From Felixounavirus LF110P2: 64,000 nucleotides of DNA. A program made the position numbers and the translations under genes. The stretch's first letter is position 1. Every line of letters starts with the position of its first letter. The notes beneath the pieces were generated by a model. The model worked only from the letters and a program-made list of their open reading frames with translations. It ran no database searches and had not been told where the DNA came from. Of the stretch, positions 10,647-27,502 are shown piece by piece. The DNA is taken from the sequence record OZ035782.1, one strand, 5' to 3'.

Positions 10647-11045
10647 ATGAAAACAGAATCTAGAGTAATTAATGGCAAGAAAGTAAATATCGTTCTGCTT
10701 GGGGCAAGAGATGGTATTAAGATGTCTATGAAGTTGGGTAAAATTGTTGTTCCAACTTTTGCACAGATGCTGTCAAGTCTGACTGACAAGGGTAAGAAAG
10801 AAGCTCCAATGGTTCCATTTAAAGAACTTGTTGAAGCTTGTTTTGACAGAATTGAAGAAATTAACCTTGAAGAGATGGCTACCTTATTATTTCAAGGGGC
10901 AACTGTTGACGACTTCCCACTTAATATTGATACGTACTTCCAAGCAAACTACGGTGAATTTATTGATTACTTAGCATTTGCGCTGGAGGCAAACTTCGGA
11001 AGTTTTTTCGAAGCAAGCATTTTCAAAAGCCTAACTTCTCAGTAA
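10647..11045 (+). CDS. Tail assembly chaperone (G-like)
   Basis: Small ORF immediately upstream of tape measure gene; ends just after a T_TTT_TTC slippery heptamer. Confidence 0.5.
   Translation: MKTESRVINGKKVNIVLLGARDGIKMSMKLGKIVVPTFAQMLSSLTDKGKKEAPMVPFKELVEACFDRIEEINLEEMATLLFQGATVDDFPLNIDTYFQANYGEFIDYLAFALEANFGSFFEASIFKSLTSQ
11003..11009 (+). other. Candidate -1 programmed ribosomal frameshift site (T_TTT_TTC) of the tail chaperone pair
   Basis: Heptamer TTTTTTC lies in X_XXY_YYZ register of ORF 10647..11045 (codons AGT TTT TTC); the -1 frame from 11009 is open and in frame with ORF 11048..11287. Confidence 0.5.
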
Positions 11046-11047
11046 AC

Positions 11048-11286
11048 ATGGGTAACACTCTACAGACACCACTAACTGATGCTGCTGTAGAGGCAACCTA
11101 TGAAGAAGCAGACGAGATGAAATTTGTGCTTGCTATTTATGGTATGGAAGGGTGTAAAGAAACACTTGACCAACTCTTTGCTATGACATTCTCTGATTTA
11201 TTATCATTGAGACAATTTCTTGAAATTCAGAGGTCGTATAAAGAGGAAATTGCTTACAACGAACTTAGAAGAGCAGGAAAAATGTA

Positions 11287-11287
<1 letters not shown>
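11048..11287 (+). CDS. Tail assembly chaperone frameshift extension (GT-like) or small independent ORF
   Basis: 79 aa ORF in -1 frame relative to upstream chaperone, contiguous with it, directly before tape measure gene. Confidence 0.4.
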
Positions 11288-19303
<8,016 letters not shown>

Positions 19304-19305
19304 TA

Positions 19306-20493
19306 ATGGCGGTAGGTGAAATTCAAATTAGTGCCTTGCCTCAAGCAGCCTTACCAATTGACCTTAGTGATATCTTCCATCTTAAGCAGGGTATTGAGGA
19401 TAAGAGATGTACTCTTGAGCAATTACTTGCTCCACACTCAAGCCTAAGAAATAACCCTCATGGTGTTACTAAAACACAAATTGGTTTAGATAATGTTATT
19501 AATGCTCTTCAGTTAGTTGCTGCAAATAACTTATCAGATGTTGTTAATGTAGCTGAGGCAAGAGCAAATCTACAGATTATGTCTTCAGAAGAGGTTAATA
19601 ACCTTGTTCAACAGCATATTCAGGACAAGAGCAACCCACACAATACAACTAAGGCACAGGTTGGTTTAAGTAATGTTCAGAACTGGACAACATCTAACCT
19701 TTATAATGAGGATGCAGATAAGTACGCTACAGCAAGAGCAGTAAATAACTTGTACAAGGCTGTTCAGGCTTCCTATCCAGTAGGTACTATCCATCTTTCC
19801 ATGAACTCTGCAAACCCTTCTACGTATTTAATTTGTGGAGGAACTTGGGAGTTAGTTTCAAAAGGTAGGGCATTGGTTGGTTATGACTCTGATACAAGAC
19901 CAGCAGGCTCTGTATTTGGTGCTTCAACTGTCACTTTGTCAGTTAATAACATGCCACAACACTCACACTCTGTGTCTCTTAGTGGTGGTGGTCATGCTCA
20001 TAATGCAACTGTGTCAATTTCAGCTTTTGACTATGGAACTAAGACTACCAACTCTTTTGACTATGGAACTAAGACCACTAACACAACTGGTAACCATAAC
20101 CATGTTGGTAGTGGGTCAACAAGTTCTGCTGGTGCTCATAACCACAGATTGACCTATGAATCAGGTGGTGGTTTATCGGAAAGACCTGCAATGGTTTGGT
20201 CTTCAAGGAATGACCAATCATGGTACTCAGCAGATGCTGTCTGTGAAGTAGCTGGTGCACACACCCACTCTTTTAGCGTTACCACTAACACAACTGGTAA
20301 CCATAATCATACGGTGGGTATTGGTGCTCATAGCCATACAGTTGGTATTGGTTCACACACACACAGTGGTACTGTGACAGTTTCTTCTTCTGAGCATACA
20401 CATAGTGGAAACACTAATAGTGTTGGTGGTGGACAAGCTTTCAACATTGAACAGCCATCCTTCGTACTGTATGTATGGCAGAGAACAGCTTAA
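19306..20493 (+). CDS. Tail fibre protein with C-terminal His-x-His repeat receptor-binding tip
   Basis: C-terminal third is rich in HxH motifs (GNHNH, GAHNH, GAHTHS, GSHTHS, SEHTHS), as in T4 gp12/gp37-type fibre tips; shares a C-terminal module with the next gene and ends ...WQRTA. Confidence 0.6.
   Translation: MAVGEIQISALPQAALPIDLSDIFHLKQGIEDKRCTLEQLLAPHSSLRNNPHGVTKTQIGLDNVINALQLVAANNLSDVVNVAEARANLQIMSSEEVNNLVQQHIQDKSNPHNTTKAQVGLSNVQNWTTSNLYNEDADKYATARAVNNLYKAVQASYPVGTIHLSMNSANPSTYLICGGTWELVSKGRALVGYDSDTRPAGSVFGASTVTLSVNNMPQHSHSVSLSGGGHAHNATVSISAFDYGTKTTNSFDYGTKTTNTTGNHNHVGSGSTSSAGAHNHRLTYESGGGLSERPAMVWSSRNDQSWYSADAVCEVAGAHTHSFSVTTNTTGNHNHTVGIGAHSHTVGIGSHTHSGTVTVSSSEHTHSGNTNSVGGGQAFNIEQPSFVLYVWQRTA
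20026..20085 (+). repeat. Perfect-length 30-bp tandem duplication inside tail fibre gene (encodes FDYGTKTTNx twice)
   Basis: TTTGACTATGGAACTAAGACTACCAACTCT followed by TTTGACTATGGAACTAAGACCACTAACACA (27/30 identical). Confidence 0.8.
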
Positions 20494-20539
20494 TTTCTTT
20501 ACAGGGGCTTTATAGCCCCTTTTAAGAGGAAAATTTATA

Positions 20540-22927
20540 ATGGCAGATTACAAATTGAGTGAATTAAACTCAATCGATACAATCCGTTCAGATGACCTTC
20601 TTCATGTCAGAGTTAAAAAGAGACCTGAAATGCTGGGCGATGAAGACCGTCGAATGACCTATCAAGACTTCTTAGCATCTTTTAAACTTGAAAGATTTGT
20701 CCAGATTGCTGGTAGCACTATGACTGGTGACTTAGGGATTGTTAAGTTACTTTATGGTGGTAAGGCAGTCTTTGACCCAACAGGCTCTTCTGAGATTACT
20801 ATTGGGGATGTTTTAAAGACTTTCAAAATCAACGCAAATGGCCTTAAACTAACTATTGCAGATGCTTCAAGGTCGGCAACTGTTTATCATACTCTGAATA
20901 AACCAAGTCCTAATGAACTTGGGATGAGAACTAATGAAGAGAATGATGCAAGATATGCAAGGCTTGCTGTAACAAATAACTTCAACATTAGGCAAGCAAT
21001 TGTAACTGATGGTGAGCAGTTAACCCTTAAGAAAGCAACTAATGCAGGAGCTTCATATATTCAGGGTAGAGATGCTAATAACCAGCAAACGTGGTATGTT
21101 GGACAGGGAAATGCAAACAACACTAATGTTTATCTGTACAATCATGCCACTGGCTCAATGTTAACCCTTGACGCAACAGCGTCATTTAACAAGACACTAA
21201 GAGTCATGGGTCAAGTTCAACCTTCTGATTTCTCTAACTTAGATGCTAGATATTTTACTCAGACAGTAGCTAATCAGAGATTTGCGCAGTTAGCTGCTAA
21301 TAACAATTTCACTGGGACTAACACGTTTAGCAGAAACCTACTTATCATCAGTGACAGTGCTGCTTTAAGGTTGAAAAATACTGTAGCAAATGCTGCACTA
21401 TACGTTAAAGCCGAAGCTAATGATGGTTCTGGTAAGTGGTATGTAGGAAATGGTGATAATACACCTGCTGTATTCATCAGCAACTATGTGTATGGTTCTT
21501 ATCTTAGACTTGACAATGGACATGTCGCAGTAAACAATAATTTTAGAATCACTGGTCAAGTTCAACCTTCTGATTGGTCTAACATTGATTCTCGATACAT
21601 TCCAGCAGCTACTTTGAGTAATCTCCCTAAACTTAATGTGGCAAACACTTTCGTGAATGTGCAGACTATCGTATCAAATAACGAAGGTGTAGTATTAAAA
21701 AACTTGACACAGGGGCAGCCACAATATATCCGTGGTGTTGATACTGCGAATGTATCTAGGTGGTGGGTAGGTGTAGGTGGCACAAATTCTACTGATGTAG
21801 CCTTAAACAACAGCTACTCTGGGACTCAAATTACTCTTATGCCTTCAGCGATTAAGGCTAATAAGAATCTAACCATCACTGGTCAAGTTCAACCTTCTGA
21901 TTGGTCTAACTTAGATGCTAGATATTTTGTTAAAACTCAGTTATTAAACCAATCTTTAATGACTGTCTCTGTAGATAACCTTGGAAACCCTTCAGGTTTT
22001 AATCTTGGATATTCAGGTTTTGTCAGAAACAATGCGGTTACTAGTGGACTGAAAGAATTGGCAATTCATGTTGCTCACTCTAATAAGACTGCTGCACATG
22101 CAAGAGGAATCTCTTTTGTGTATGGCTCAAATGGACTGGCAACATTTACCTATGCCTATGACAAAAATGGTGACTATGCCGGAGAAGCACAGATTTATAC
22201 AACTGATTTTAAACCAACCCCTTCAGATATTGGTGCATACACTAAAGCTGAAACTGACCAGAAGATTGCACAGGCAGTAAGTGACTCTACAGACCTTAAC
22301 AAAATCTATCCAGTAGGTATTGTAACGTGGTTTAACAGTAACGTTAACCCTAATACAGCACTTCCTGGTCTAACTTGGACGTACCTGAACAATGGTGTTG
22401 GGAGAACTATTAGAATTGCAGCAGCAAATGGTTCAGATGTTGCTACAACTGGTGGTTCAGATTCTGTGACGTTAGCTGTTGGTAACTTGCCATCACACAC
22501 CCATAGTTTCTCTGCTACCACTTCATCTTTTGATTATGGTACGAAGGGGACTAACAGTACGGGTGGTCACACTCACTCCGTAAGTGGTACAACAAGTGCT
22601 GCTGGTAACCACGCTCACCACTTAGGTCTGCTATTGGTTAATGGTGGTGATGCTCAGTACGGTTATACAACTGTTAGCAATAACAAGACGAGAACTCTTG
22701 ACTGGCTTGACAGAACTGATAACAAGTTCCCTAACACTAACACAACTGGTAACCATACACACACATGGTCTGGTACTACAAGTAACACTGGTGCTCACAC
22801 CCACTCTGTAGGTATTGGTGCTCACACCCATACAGTTAGTGGTAACACTGGTGGTACAGGTTCTGGTTCATCATTTAGTGTTACTAACCAGTTCTACAAG
22901 TTAATGGCTTGGGTGAGAACTGCTTAA
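20540..22927 (+). CDS. Long tail fibre protein with internal repeats and His-x-His C-terminal tip
   Basis: 795 aa; three copies of GQVQPSD(W/F)SN(L/I)D(A/S)RY spaced about 110 aa apart; C-terminus has the same SFDYGTKxTN + HTHS/NHAH/NHTH module as the upstream fibre and ends ...WVRTA. Confidence 0.65.
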   Translation: MADYKLSELNSIDTIRSDDLLHVRVKKRPEMLGDEDRRMTYQDFLASFKLERFVQIAGSTMTGDLGIVKLLYGGKAVFDPTGSSEITIGDVLKTFKINANGLKLTIADASRSATVYHTLNKPSPNELGMRTNEENDARYARLAVTNNFNIRQAIVTDGEQLTLKKATNAGASYIQGRDANNQQTWYVGQGNANNTNVYLYNHATGSMLTLDATASFNKTLRVMGQVQPSDFSNLDARYFTQTVANQRFAQLAANNNFTGTNTFSRNLLIISDSAALRLKNTVANAALYVKAEANDGSGKWYVGNGDNTPAVFISNYVYGSYLRLDNGHVAVNNNFRITGQVQPSDWSNIDSRYIPAATLSNLPKLNVANTFVNVQTIVSNNEGVVLKNLTQGQPQYIRGVDTANVSRWWVGVGGTNSTDVALNNSYSGTQITLMPSAIKANKNLTITGQVQPSDWSNLDARYFVKTQLLNQSLMTVSVDNLGNPSGFNLGYSGFVRNNAVTSGLKELAIHVAHSNKTAAHARGISFVYGSNGLATFTYAYDKNGDYAGEAQIYTTDFKPTPSDIGAYTKAETDQKIAQAVSDSTDLNKIYPVGIVTWFNSNVNPNTALPGLTWTYLNNGVGRTIRIAAANGSDVATTGGSDSVTLAVGNLPSHTHSFSATTSSFDYGTKGTNSTGGHTHSVSGTTSAAGNHAHHLGLLLVNGGDAQYGYTTVSNNKTRTLDWLDRTDNKFPNTNTTGNHTHTWSGTTSNTGAHTHSVGIGAHTHTVSGNTGGTGSGSSFSVTNQFYKLMAWVRTA

Positions 22928-22934
22928 TCCCTTG

Positions 22935-22963
22935 TTGACTGATTGTTAAGATGGTGTTAATAT
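22935..22963 (+). promoter_or_regulatory. Sigma70-like promoter candidate (TTGACT-N17-TAATAT)
   Basis: TTGACT at 22935-22940, 17-nt spacer, TAATAT at 22958-22963, upstream of ORF 23007. Confidence 0.35.
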
Positions 22964-23006
22964 TCTTTATGGGTATTCTCACCATCTTGGCTGATGAGGT
23001 GATTAA

Positions 23007-23204
23007 ATGCCTACAATCCTAGCAATTCTTCTAAAAAATCTAGGTAGCTTCTTCTGGAAACTCATTTTATCCCTTCTAAGTGAATACATGATTGAGAAAG
23101 TGTTCTTTAAGCTTGCAAGATACCTTGCGAGTAAAACAGACACACCTATTGATGATGAGTTCGTAGATAACTTAGAAAAAGCTTTTAAGGGGGAGAATAA
23201 ATGA
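23007..23204 (+). CDS. Hypothetical small protein
   Basis: 65 aa ORF with RBS GAGGTG; amphipathic N-terminus. Confidence 0.25.
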   Translation: MPTILAILLKNLGSFFWKLILSLLSEYMIEKVFFKLARYLASKTDTPIDDEFVDNLEKAFKGENK

Positions 23205-23572
23205 AGTGGCTAGAGGAAGCTTTTAAAAATAATATTGGTGCAATTGTAGTTGGTATTTTTAGTGTTATTGGGATGTATACCACGATGCAAGTTTCAAGTG
23301 GTAAACAAGAAGTGTCTGTCACAACAAAGTTACAGCAGCTAGATAATTATTCCAAAAGTAACTATTCAGCTATTCGTGATTTACAGTCTGACATGAGACT
23401 GATTCAGCTAGGGATGGAGAACCAGAAAGTTCAGTTAGAGAATGTTAAGGGTGAAAACGCAAAACTTACTAAGACTCTCGATAAATTCTCTGACAGTGTG
23501 AACAATCTGGCTCAATCAGTATCAGCCTTGCAAGCTATTACTGAAAAGAACACAAAGAATACTGAAAGATAA
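23201..23572 (+). CDS. Membrane-anchored coiled-coil protein (function unknown; holin-like or fibre-associated)
   Basis: N-terminal hydrophobic helix IGAIVVGIFSVIGMY followed by heptad-like Q/L/N-rich sequence. Confidence 0.3.
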   Translation: MKWLEEAFKNNIGAIVVGIFSVIGMYTTMQVSSGKQEVSVTTKLQQLDNYSKSNYSAIRDLQSDMRLIQLGMENQKVQLENVKGENAKLTKTLDKFSDSVNNLAQSVSALQAITEKNTKNTER

Positions 23573-23579
23573 AATTTAA

Positions 23580-23605
23580 GGCTCCTTTTTACGGGAGCCT
23601 TTTTT
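23580..23605. terminator. Bidirectional intrinsic terminator between convergent modules
   Basis: GGCTCC ... GGAGCC hairpin followed by TTTTTT; sits between + strand structural genes and - strand thyA. Confidence 0.6.
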
Positions 23606-23608
23606 GTT

Positions 23609-24508
23609 TTACTTGCCTACTGACAAAGGTGCTTCAATCTTTCCTGCATGTTTGTAGTTGTTGATGCCACCAATAAAGTCACTTGCAGTAAGATGTTTTA
23701 AGTCACTTAAGGTGTTAAGTTGTACACCAATCTCAAAAGTAGGTGCATGGAACTCTTCATTGTTCATCAGTTCATAAACCTGCTTCATATGGTTCTGGTA
23801 AATCTGAGTATCTCCAAAGACACCTATCAAGTATCGTGGAGTGTATCCAGTCATCTTACAAAGAACTTCCAGAATAAAACCATAAGATGCAATATTAAAC
23901 GGGAGTCCTAAAAAGGTGTCTACTGAACGCTGATACCATTGCAAGTCAACTTCACCCTCATTAGTGATATAAATCTGAAACAGTACATGGCAAGGTGCTA
24001 AAGCCATCGAGTTAGCTGCAATATCTGCTGCATTCCAAGCATTAACAAGCATGTAACGGTCTGTGATATCACCTTTCATCTTCGTTACTAAGGTCTCTAA
24101 CTGGTCTACAACACAACCATTATGACCTTCAAAGTTTCTCCACTGAACCCCGTAGATTCTCCCACCTGCATCCTCTAACCAGTCTTGTTCAGAAGAATAG
24201 TTAGAGCTTAACCAGCGTTTAAAATCATCTGACCAGATAGTCCAGCGTTCCCCATCATTTTCACCCCAAGTTCGATAACGAAGTTCACCAAGTTTATTCT
24301 CACCATTCAGGAACCATAAAGCTTCCCCAATAACTTGCCTTGTAAACACCTGTTTAGATGTTAATAGTGGGAAACCAGTACGCATATCAAAACGAAACTG
24401 TGGTGGAGCAAATGCAGAGATAACATCTCCAGTTCGTGTAGTACGCAGTTCACCAACGGATAAAACATGATTCAGGATATTTTTGTAACTCAAATCAGCT
24501 TGTGACAT
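23609..24508 (-). CDS. thyA: Thymidylate synthase
   Basis: Active-site region ...LAPCHVLFQIY... and ...DTFLGLPFNIASY... are diagnostic ThyA motifs. Confidence 0.85.
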   Translation of the reverse strand: MSQADLSYKNILNHVLSVGELRTTRTGDVISAFAPPQFRFDMRTGFPLLTSKQVFTRQVIGEALWFLNGENKLGELRYRTWGENDGERWTIWSDDFKRWLSSNYSSEQDWLEDAGGRIYGVQWRNFEGHNGCVVDQLETLVTKMKGDITDRYMLVNAWNAADIAANSMALAPCHVLFQIYITNEGEVDLQWYQRSVDTFLGLPFNIASYGFILEVLCKMTGYTPRYLIGVFGDTQIYQNHMKQVYELMNNEEFHAPTFEIGVQLNTLSDLKHLTASDFIGGINNYKHAGKIEAPLSVGK

Positions 24509-24509
24509 A

Positions 24510-25055
24510 TCAAAAGTGCCCTTTTACTTGTGGAACATAAATCTCAAAGGTTGCTTTACCATCATCTGAGGGTCTTGACTGTACCTTTGCAAATACATGG
24601 CTATCATACAGTTTATCGAAGAAGTTTTCAAAAGGTAAATACACAGTGGCCTCTTCAGTAACTTTATGGAAAACTGTATGGAAAACTACACCAGCATACG
24701 GCAAAGCATTGACAAGAACACCTGCACCACCAATTACAAAGATATCTTCATCAATAGAGCTATCAAGGTACTTCAAAAATGCTCCAAAGGACTCTTTGCT
24801 GGCCTTAGCATACATTACATCTTCTTTACCAAAGTCTATACCAAAATATGGCACAGAGTTTGTTAAGATAAGGTTTTCACGTTCTGGTAAAGGCTTACTA
24901 CCCAGAGTCTTAAAAGTCTCATTACCCATCACTACTAAGTTATTTTTAGTGAGTCTCTTAAACTCTTGCATGTCCTGTTTATGTCGAGGCCACGGCATAC
25001 CAGTTGGAGTACCAAACTCACCATTTTCACCACTTGCAAAGATTAATTTAATCAT
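24510..25055 (-). CDS. Dihydrofolate reductase
   Basis: N-terminal IFASGENGEFG...MPWP... pattern and 181 aa size are typical of DHFR; adjacent to thyA. Confidence 0.7.
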   Translation of the reverse strand: MIKLIFASGENGEFGTPTGMPWPRHKQDMQEFKRLTKNNLVVMGNETFKTLGSKPLPERENLILTNSVPYFGIDFGKEDVMYAKASKESFGAFLKYLDSSIDEDIFVIGGAGVLVNALPYAGVVFHTVFHKVTEEATVYLPFENFFDKLYDSHVFAKVQSRPSDDGKATFEIYVPQVKGHF

Positions 25056-25312
25056 TTTGTAAATCCTTTCTTAATGAACCAGTTGATAACACTCTTCACA
25101 ACTTTACTACGATGGTAGATAAAATGTGGAGAGGGTTGGTATGAACCATAAGCCCAGAAAGCGATAATTTCATTACACCCTGTGCATCGGGTACTTTCTT
25201 CAGCAATATGACCGTTGACTATTTCACTTACCTCACCTTGTAAGTCTGTACACCCGCAATGTGGACAACGGATAGGTGTTCCATCAGACTCATAGCAGTG
25301 TTCAATTTTCAT
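25052..25312 (-). CDS. Small zinc-ribbon protein
   Basis: CPHCGC ... CTGC cysteine pairs; start overlaps the DHFR gene. Confidence 0.3.
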   Translation of the reverse strand: MKIEHCYESDGTPIRCPHCGCTDLQGEVSEIVNGHIAEESTRCTGCNEIIAFWAYGSYQPSPHFIYHRSKVVKSVINWFIKKGFTK

Positions 25313-25828
25313 CTATTTAACCTCAAAAACTGGCTCAAGAACCAATATAAAGTCTACACAGTCATCTTCTTCATCCAGAATACCATCAAAGTTCTTAGGA
25401 ACGAAGTCGAAGAGGCTCATAACAAAACAGTCAGAAGTGACCCTGATAGTTCCTCCCATGTTCTCTACAGTTAACACTGTACGGCTTTCTTTTACCTCCC
25501 TCAGAAGATTACCCACAAAGTCATCTAAGAAGTACTTCATCAGTGACTTAAAGCCTTTAGGATAATCTGTACCAGAGTATGTTTCAATCTGAGGAACAAG
25601 CTTAACATTTATACTAGTCTTTGTTAAGAATGCACTAGAGAACATACTATCAGGTAACTTACAAACAGTCTTTCCAGTACCTTCATGTTCAATCTCAACA
25701 AAACCAGCTTCGTCGCCACATGTAACTATTTTAAAAGATGCTTCATTCTCATACTGTGAAGCCATAAACTTTTTAAGCATCTCTTTAAGGAAATCTGCAT
25801 GAGCATCTTGTAAGTAGATATCAATCAT
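25313..25828 (-). CDS. Hypothetical protein
   Basis: Intact 171 aa ORF in operon context. Confidence 0.3.
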   Translation of the reverse strand: MIDIYLQDAHADFLKEMLKKFMASQYENEASFKIVTCGDEAGFVEIEHEGTGKTVCKLPDSMFSSAFLTKTSINVKLVPQIETYSGTDYPKGFKSLMKYFLDDFVGNLLREVKESRTVLTVENMGGTIRVTSDCFVMSLFDFVPKNFDGILDEEDDCVDFILVLEPVFEVK

Positions 25829-25841
25829 CGTTAATCACCTA

Positions 25842-26201
25842 TTATGGGAACAAGCACTTAATGTCGTCGTTTTTGAAAACAAAGCTTGTGTAGTTATGAC
25901 CGTCAACATCCAGCCAAACAGCCTGAACATCTACACCATCAAGATTCTGGTAAAGCTCTTTGATGAAGTGGTCTTTCACAATCTGACTGCTAGTTGTTTC
26001 CAGCTTAATGTTCGAGATTGCTGAACCTACAGCCATATAGCCCATGACACGTTTCTTCTCAGTATGCTTAATCTTACCATCTTTGTAAGCCATAATGAGA
26101 TTGGAAAGAATCTTCACACCATAATACTTCTCAAGGTGAGTAGGTACACCATAAAAGCCTAATGCGAAGTTTTCAGAGTGGATAATGTTTTCACGTTTCA
26201 T
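25842..26201 (-). CDS. Hypothetical protein
   Basis: Intact 119 aa ORF in operon context. Confidence 0.3.
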   Translation of the reverse strand: MKRENIIHSENFALGFYGVPTHLEKYYGVKILSNLIMAYKDGKIKHTEKKRVMGYMAVGSAISNIKLETTSSQIVKDHFIKELYQNLDGVDVQAVWLDVDGHNYTSFVFKNDDIKCLFP

Positions 26202-26202
26202 A

Positions 26203-26502
26203 TTAATCTGCCAACCTTAAATTGAAATTAACACCAAATTTTTCACATACTTCCAACATATACTCAAGGGAGACGTTACCAGTGAGATGGATTATGTTGG
26301 ATACACGAGCCTGAGAGATACCACAAATTTTAGCAACTTGCTCTTGAGAAAGACCTCTGGATTTAATCTCTCTCTTAAAACGATGTGCAACGAAGTCTCT
26401 CATTTCGTCTACATCCATTGGGCAAATATAACTTTCCATTTCAGCCTCTCTATCAGCCTCCCAATCATCTTGTGGGGCATAAGGGTCAAAAACCTCATTC
26501 AT
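26203..26502 (-). CDS. Helix-turn-helix (XRE-like) DNA-binding protein with acidic N-terminal extension
   Basis: LSQEQVAKICGISQARVSNI is a canonical HTH; N-terminal 40 aa is D/E-rich. Start set at internal ATG (MNEVF...). Confidence 0.5.
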   Translation of the reverse strand: MNEVFDPYAPQDDWEADREAEMESYICPMDVDEMRDFVAHRFKREIKSRGLSQEQVAKICGISQARVSNIIHLTGNVSLEYMLEVCEKFGVNFNLRLAD

Positions 26503-26707
26503 CTTTCTTCTTCCGTTTACGTGAAGTGTCAATCAACGAATCTATGTTTGTAGCCCTAACCTTTTCACGTCCATCGTTAAGATAATCATCAAGAGCCTTT
26601 TCAATCTGTGAATCATCTTGACAGATAACTGTAAAGACTGTAAAGCCATCTGTATCGTCAATTATCTTACCATAACCGCTTCTGGGATGTAACTTTTTAA
26701 GAGCCAT
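26495..26707 (-). CDS. Hypothetical small protein
   Basis: 70 aa ORF, basic C-terminal tail RKRKKKDE. Confidence 0.3.
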   Translation of the reverse strand: MALKKLHPRSGYGKIIDDTDGFTVFTVICQDDSQIEKALDDYLNDGREKVRATNIDSLIDTSRKRKKKDE

Positions 26708-26708
26708 A

Positions 26709-27092
26709 TCAAATACCTGTGCAGCTTCTGTTTTCTAAGAAATACTCAACACCGTACATAGCTTTTTGCATCAAATCTTCTTTAAACTGGATACGATGAT
26801 TGAGCATATCCTGTACATCAATATTATCATGGTGTTTCTCTTTAATATTTGCAGATTGCAGGAAATACTCTGCAAGAACGCGATATTGATAGTCAGTCAC
26901 CTTATCAGTCATCTCTGTCAAAGACTCTTCAGAGATTGGTTTTAGTAACTCACCATTAGCTAGAGCAACACCTTTTACAATCTGGCAAGTATCTTCTGGA
27001 ACACCTGACAAGTCCACATTTGGGAGTTCTGTTGCATTGACTGGTAAATTCATTGCCATAACCATTGCAGCAGCTAATAAAATCTTTTTCAT
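26709..27092 (-). CDS. Secreted/periplasmic protein (signal peptide)
   Basis: N-terminus MKKILLAAAMVMAMNLPVNA is a Sec-type signal peptide; first gene after the long non-coding leader. Confidence 0.4.
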   Translation of the reverse strand: MKKILLAAAMVMAMNLPVNATELPNVDLSGVPEDTCQIVKGVALANGELLKPISEESLTEMTDKVTDYQYRVLAEYFLQSANIKEKHHDNIDVQDMLNHRIQFKEDLMQKAMYGVEYFLENRSCTGI

Positions 27093-27137
27093 AATGACCT
27101 CAAAGTTATATTGAATTTTGTATTACATTGAGTATAA

Positions 27138-27184
27138 AAATAAGCTATAACACCTGACTTGTCAACAGATTTTATAGCTTATTT
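27138..27184. promoter_or_regulatory. 13-bp perfect inverted repeat (operator-like) flanking a TTGACA element
   Basis: AAATAAGCTATAA (27138-27150) and TTATAGCTTATTT (27172-27184) are exact reverse complements, separated by 21 nt containing TTGACA on the - strand. Confidence 0.45.
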
Positions 27185-27300
27185 GGCAGATTTTTTATAA
27201 GGCTACTGCCATCCTTCCATACATTACCTAACCAAGCCTAACATCACACAACCAGACCGAGCCGCACCCCGCCTTTTTAAAAGACCCTCTTAAAGACCTT

Positions 27301-27465
27301 TTAAAAAGGTAAGTCTCATTTTAATGTAGCTGAGACTAACTACCCACACCTTACCAAACCGTACCTGACCTTACCATGCCACACCTTACAACACCAAACA
27401 TTACTTAAAAACCTTCTTAGAAGACTCTTAAGTGATGCTGGTGAGTACCCGTTGGTTTATGCTGC
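27301..27465 (-). ncRNA. Candidate small non-coding RNA / structured leader (G+U-rich transcript)
   Basis: Defined only by a - strand promoter at 27468-27495 and a - strand terminator-like hairpin plus U-tract at 27301-27345; no ORF; + strand almost devoid of G. Confidence 0.15.
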
Positions 27466-27467
27466 TC

Positions 27468-27495
27468 AGTATACTCACCAAATTTTCTATGTCAA
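27468..27495 (-). promoter_or_regulatory. Sigma70-like promoter candidate on - strand (TTGACA-N16-TATACT)
   Basis: Reverse complement of 27468-27495 reads TTGACA, 16-nt spacer, TATACT. Confidence 0.35.
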
Positions 27496-27502
27496 CAACT
27501 TT

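Noticed and set aside
20026-22870. Possible CRISPR-like repeat array suggested by repeated short DNA units in the tail fibre genes
   Set aside because: The repeats are in-frame coding repeats (FDYGTK and HxH codons) inside long ORFs, of variable sequence and without spacer structure; not CRISPR.
23609-24508. Group I intron in thyA (also considered for nrdB, nrdD and DNA polymerase, as occurs in T4-like phages)
   Set aside because: Each of these genes is a single uninterrupted ORF of expected length with catalytic motifs in order; the homing endonucleases present are free-standing, not intron-encoded.
27093-27502. tRNA genes in the non-coding regions (also checked 33012-33238 and 63420-63766)
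   Set aside because: No GTTCGAATC-type T-loop or cloverleaf-compatible inverted repeats were seen by eye on either strand; cannot exclude without a tRNA scan.
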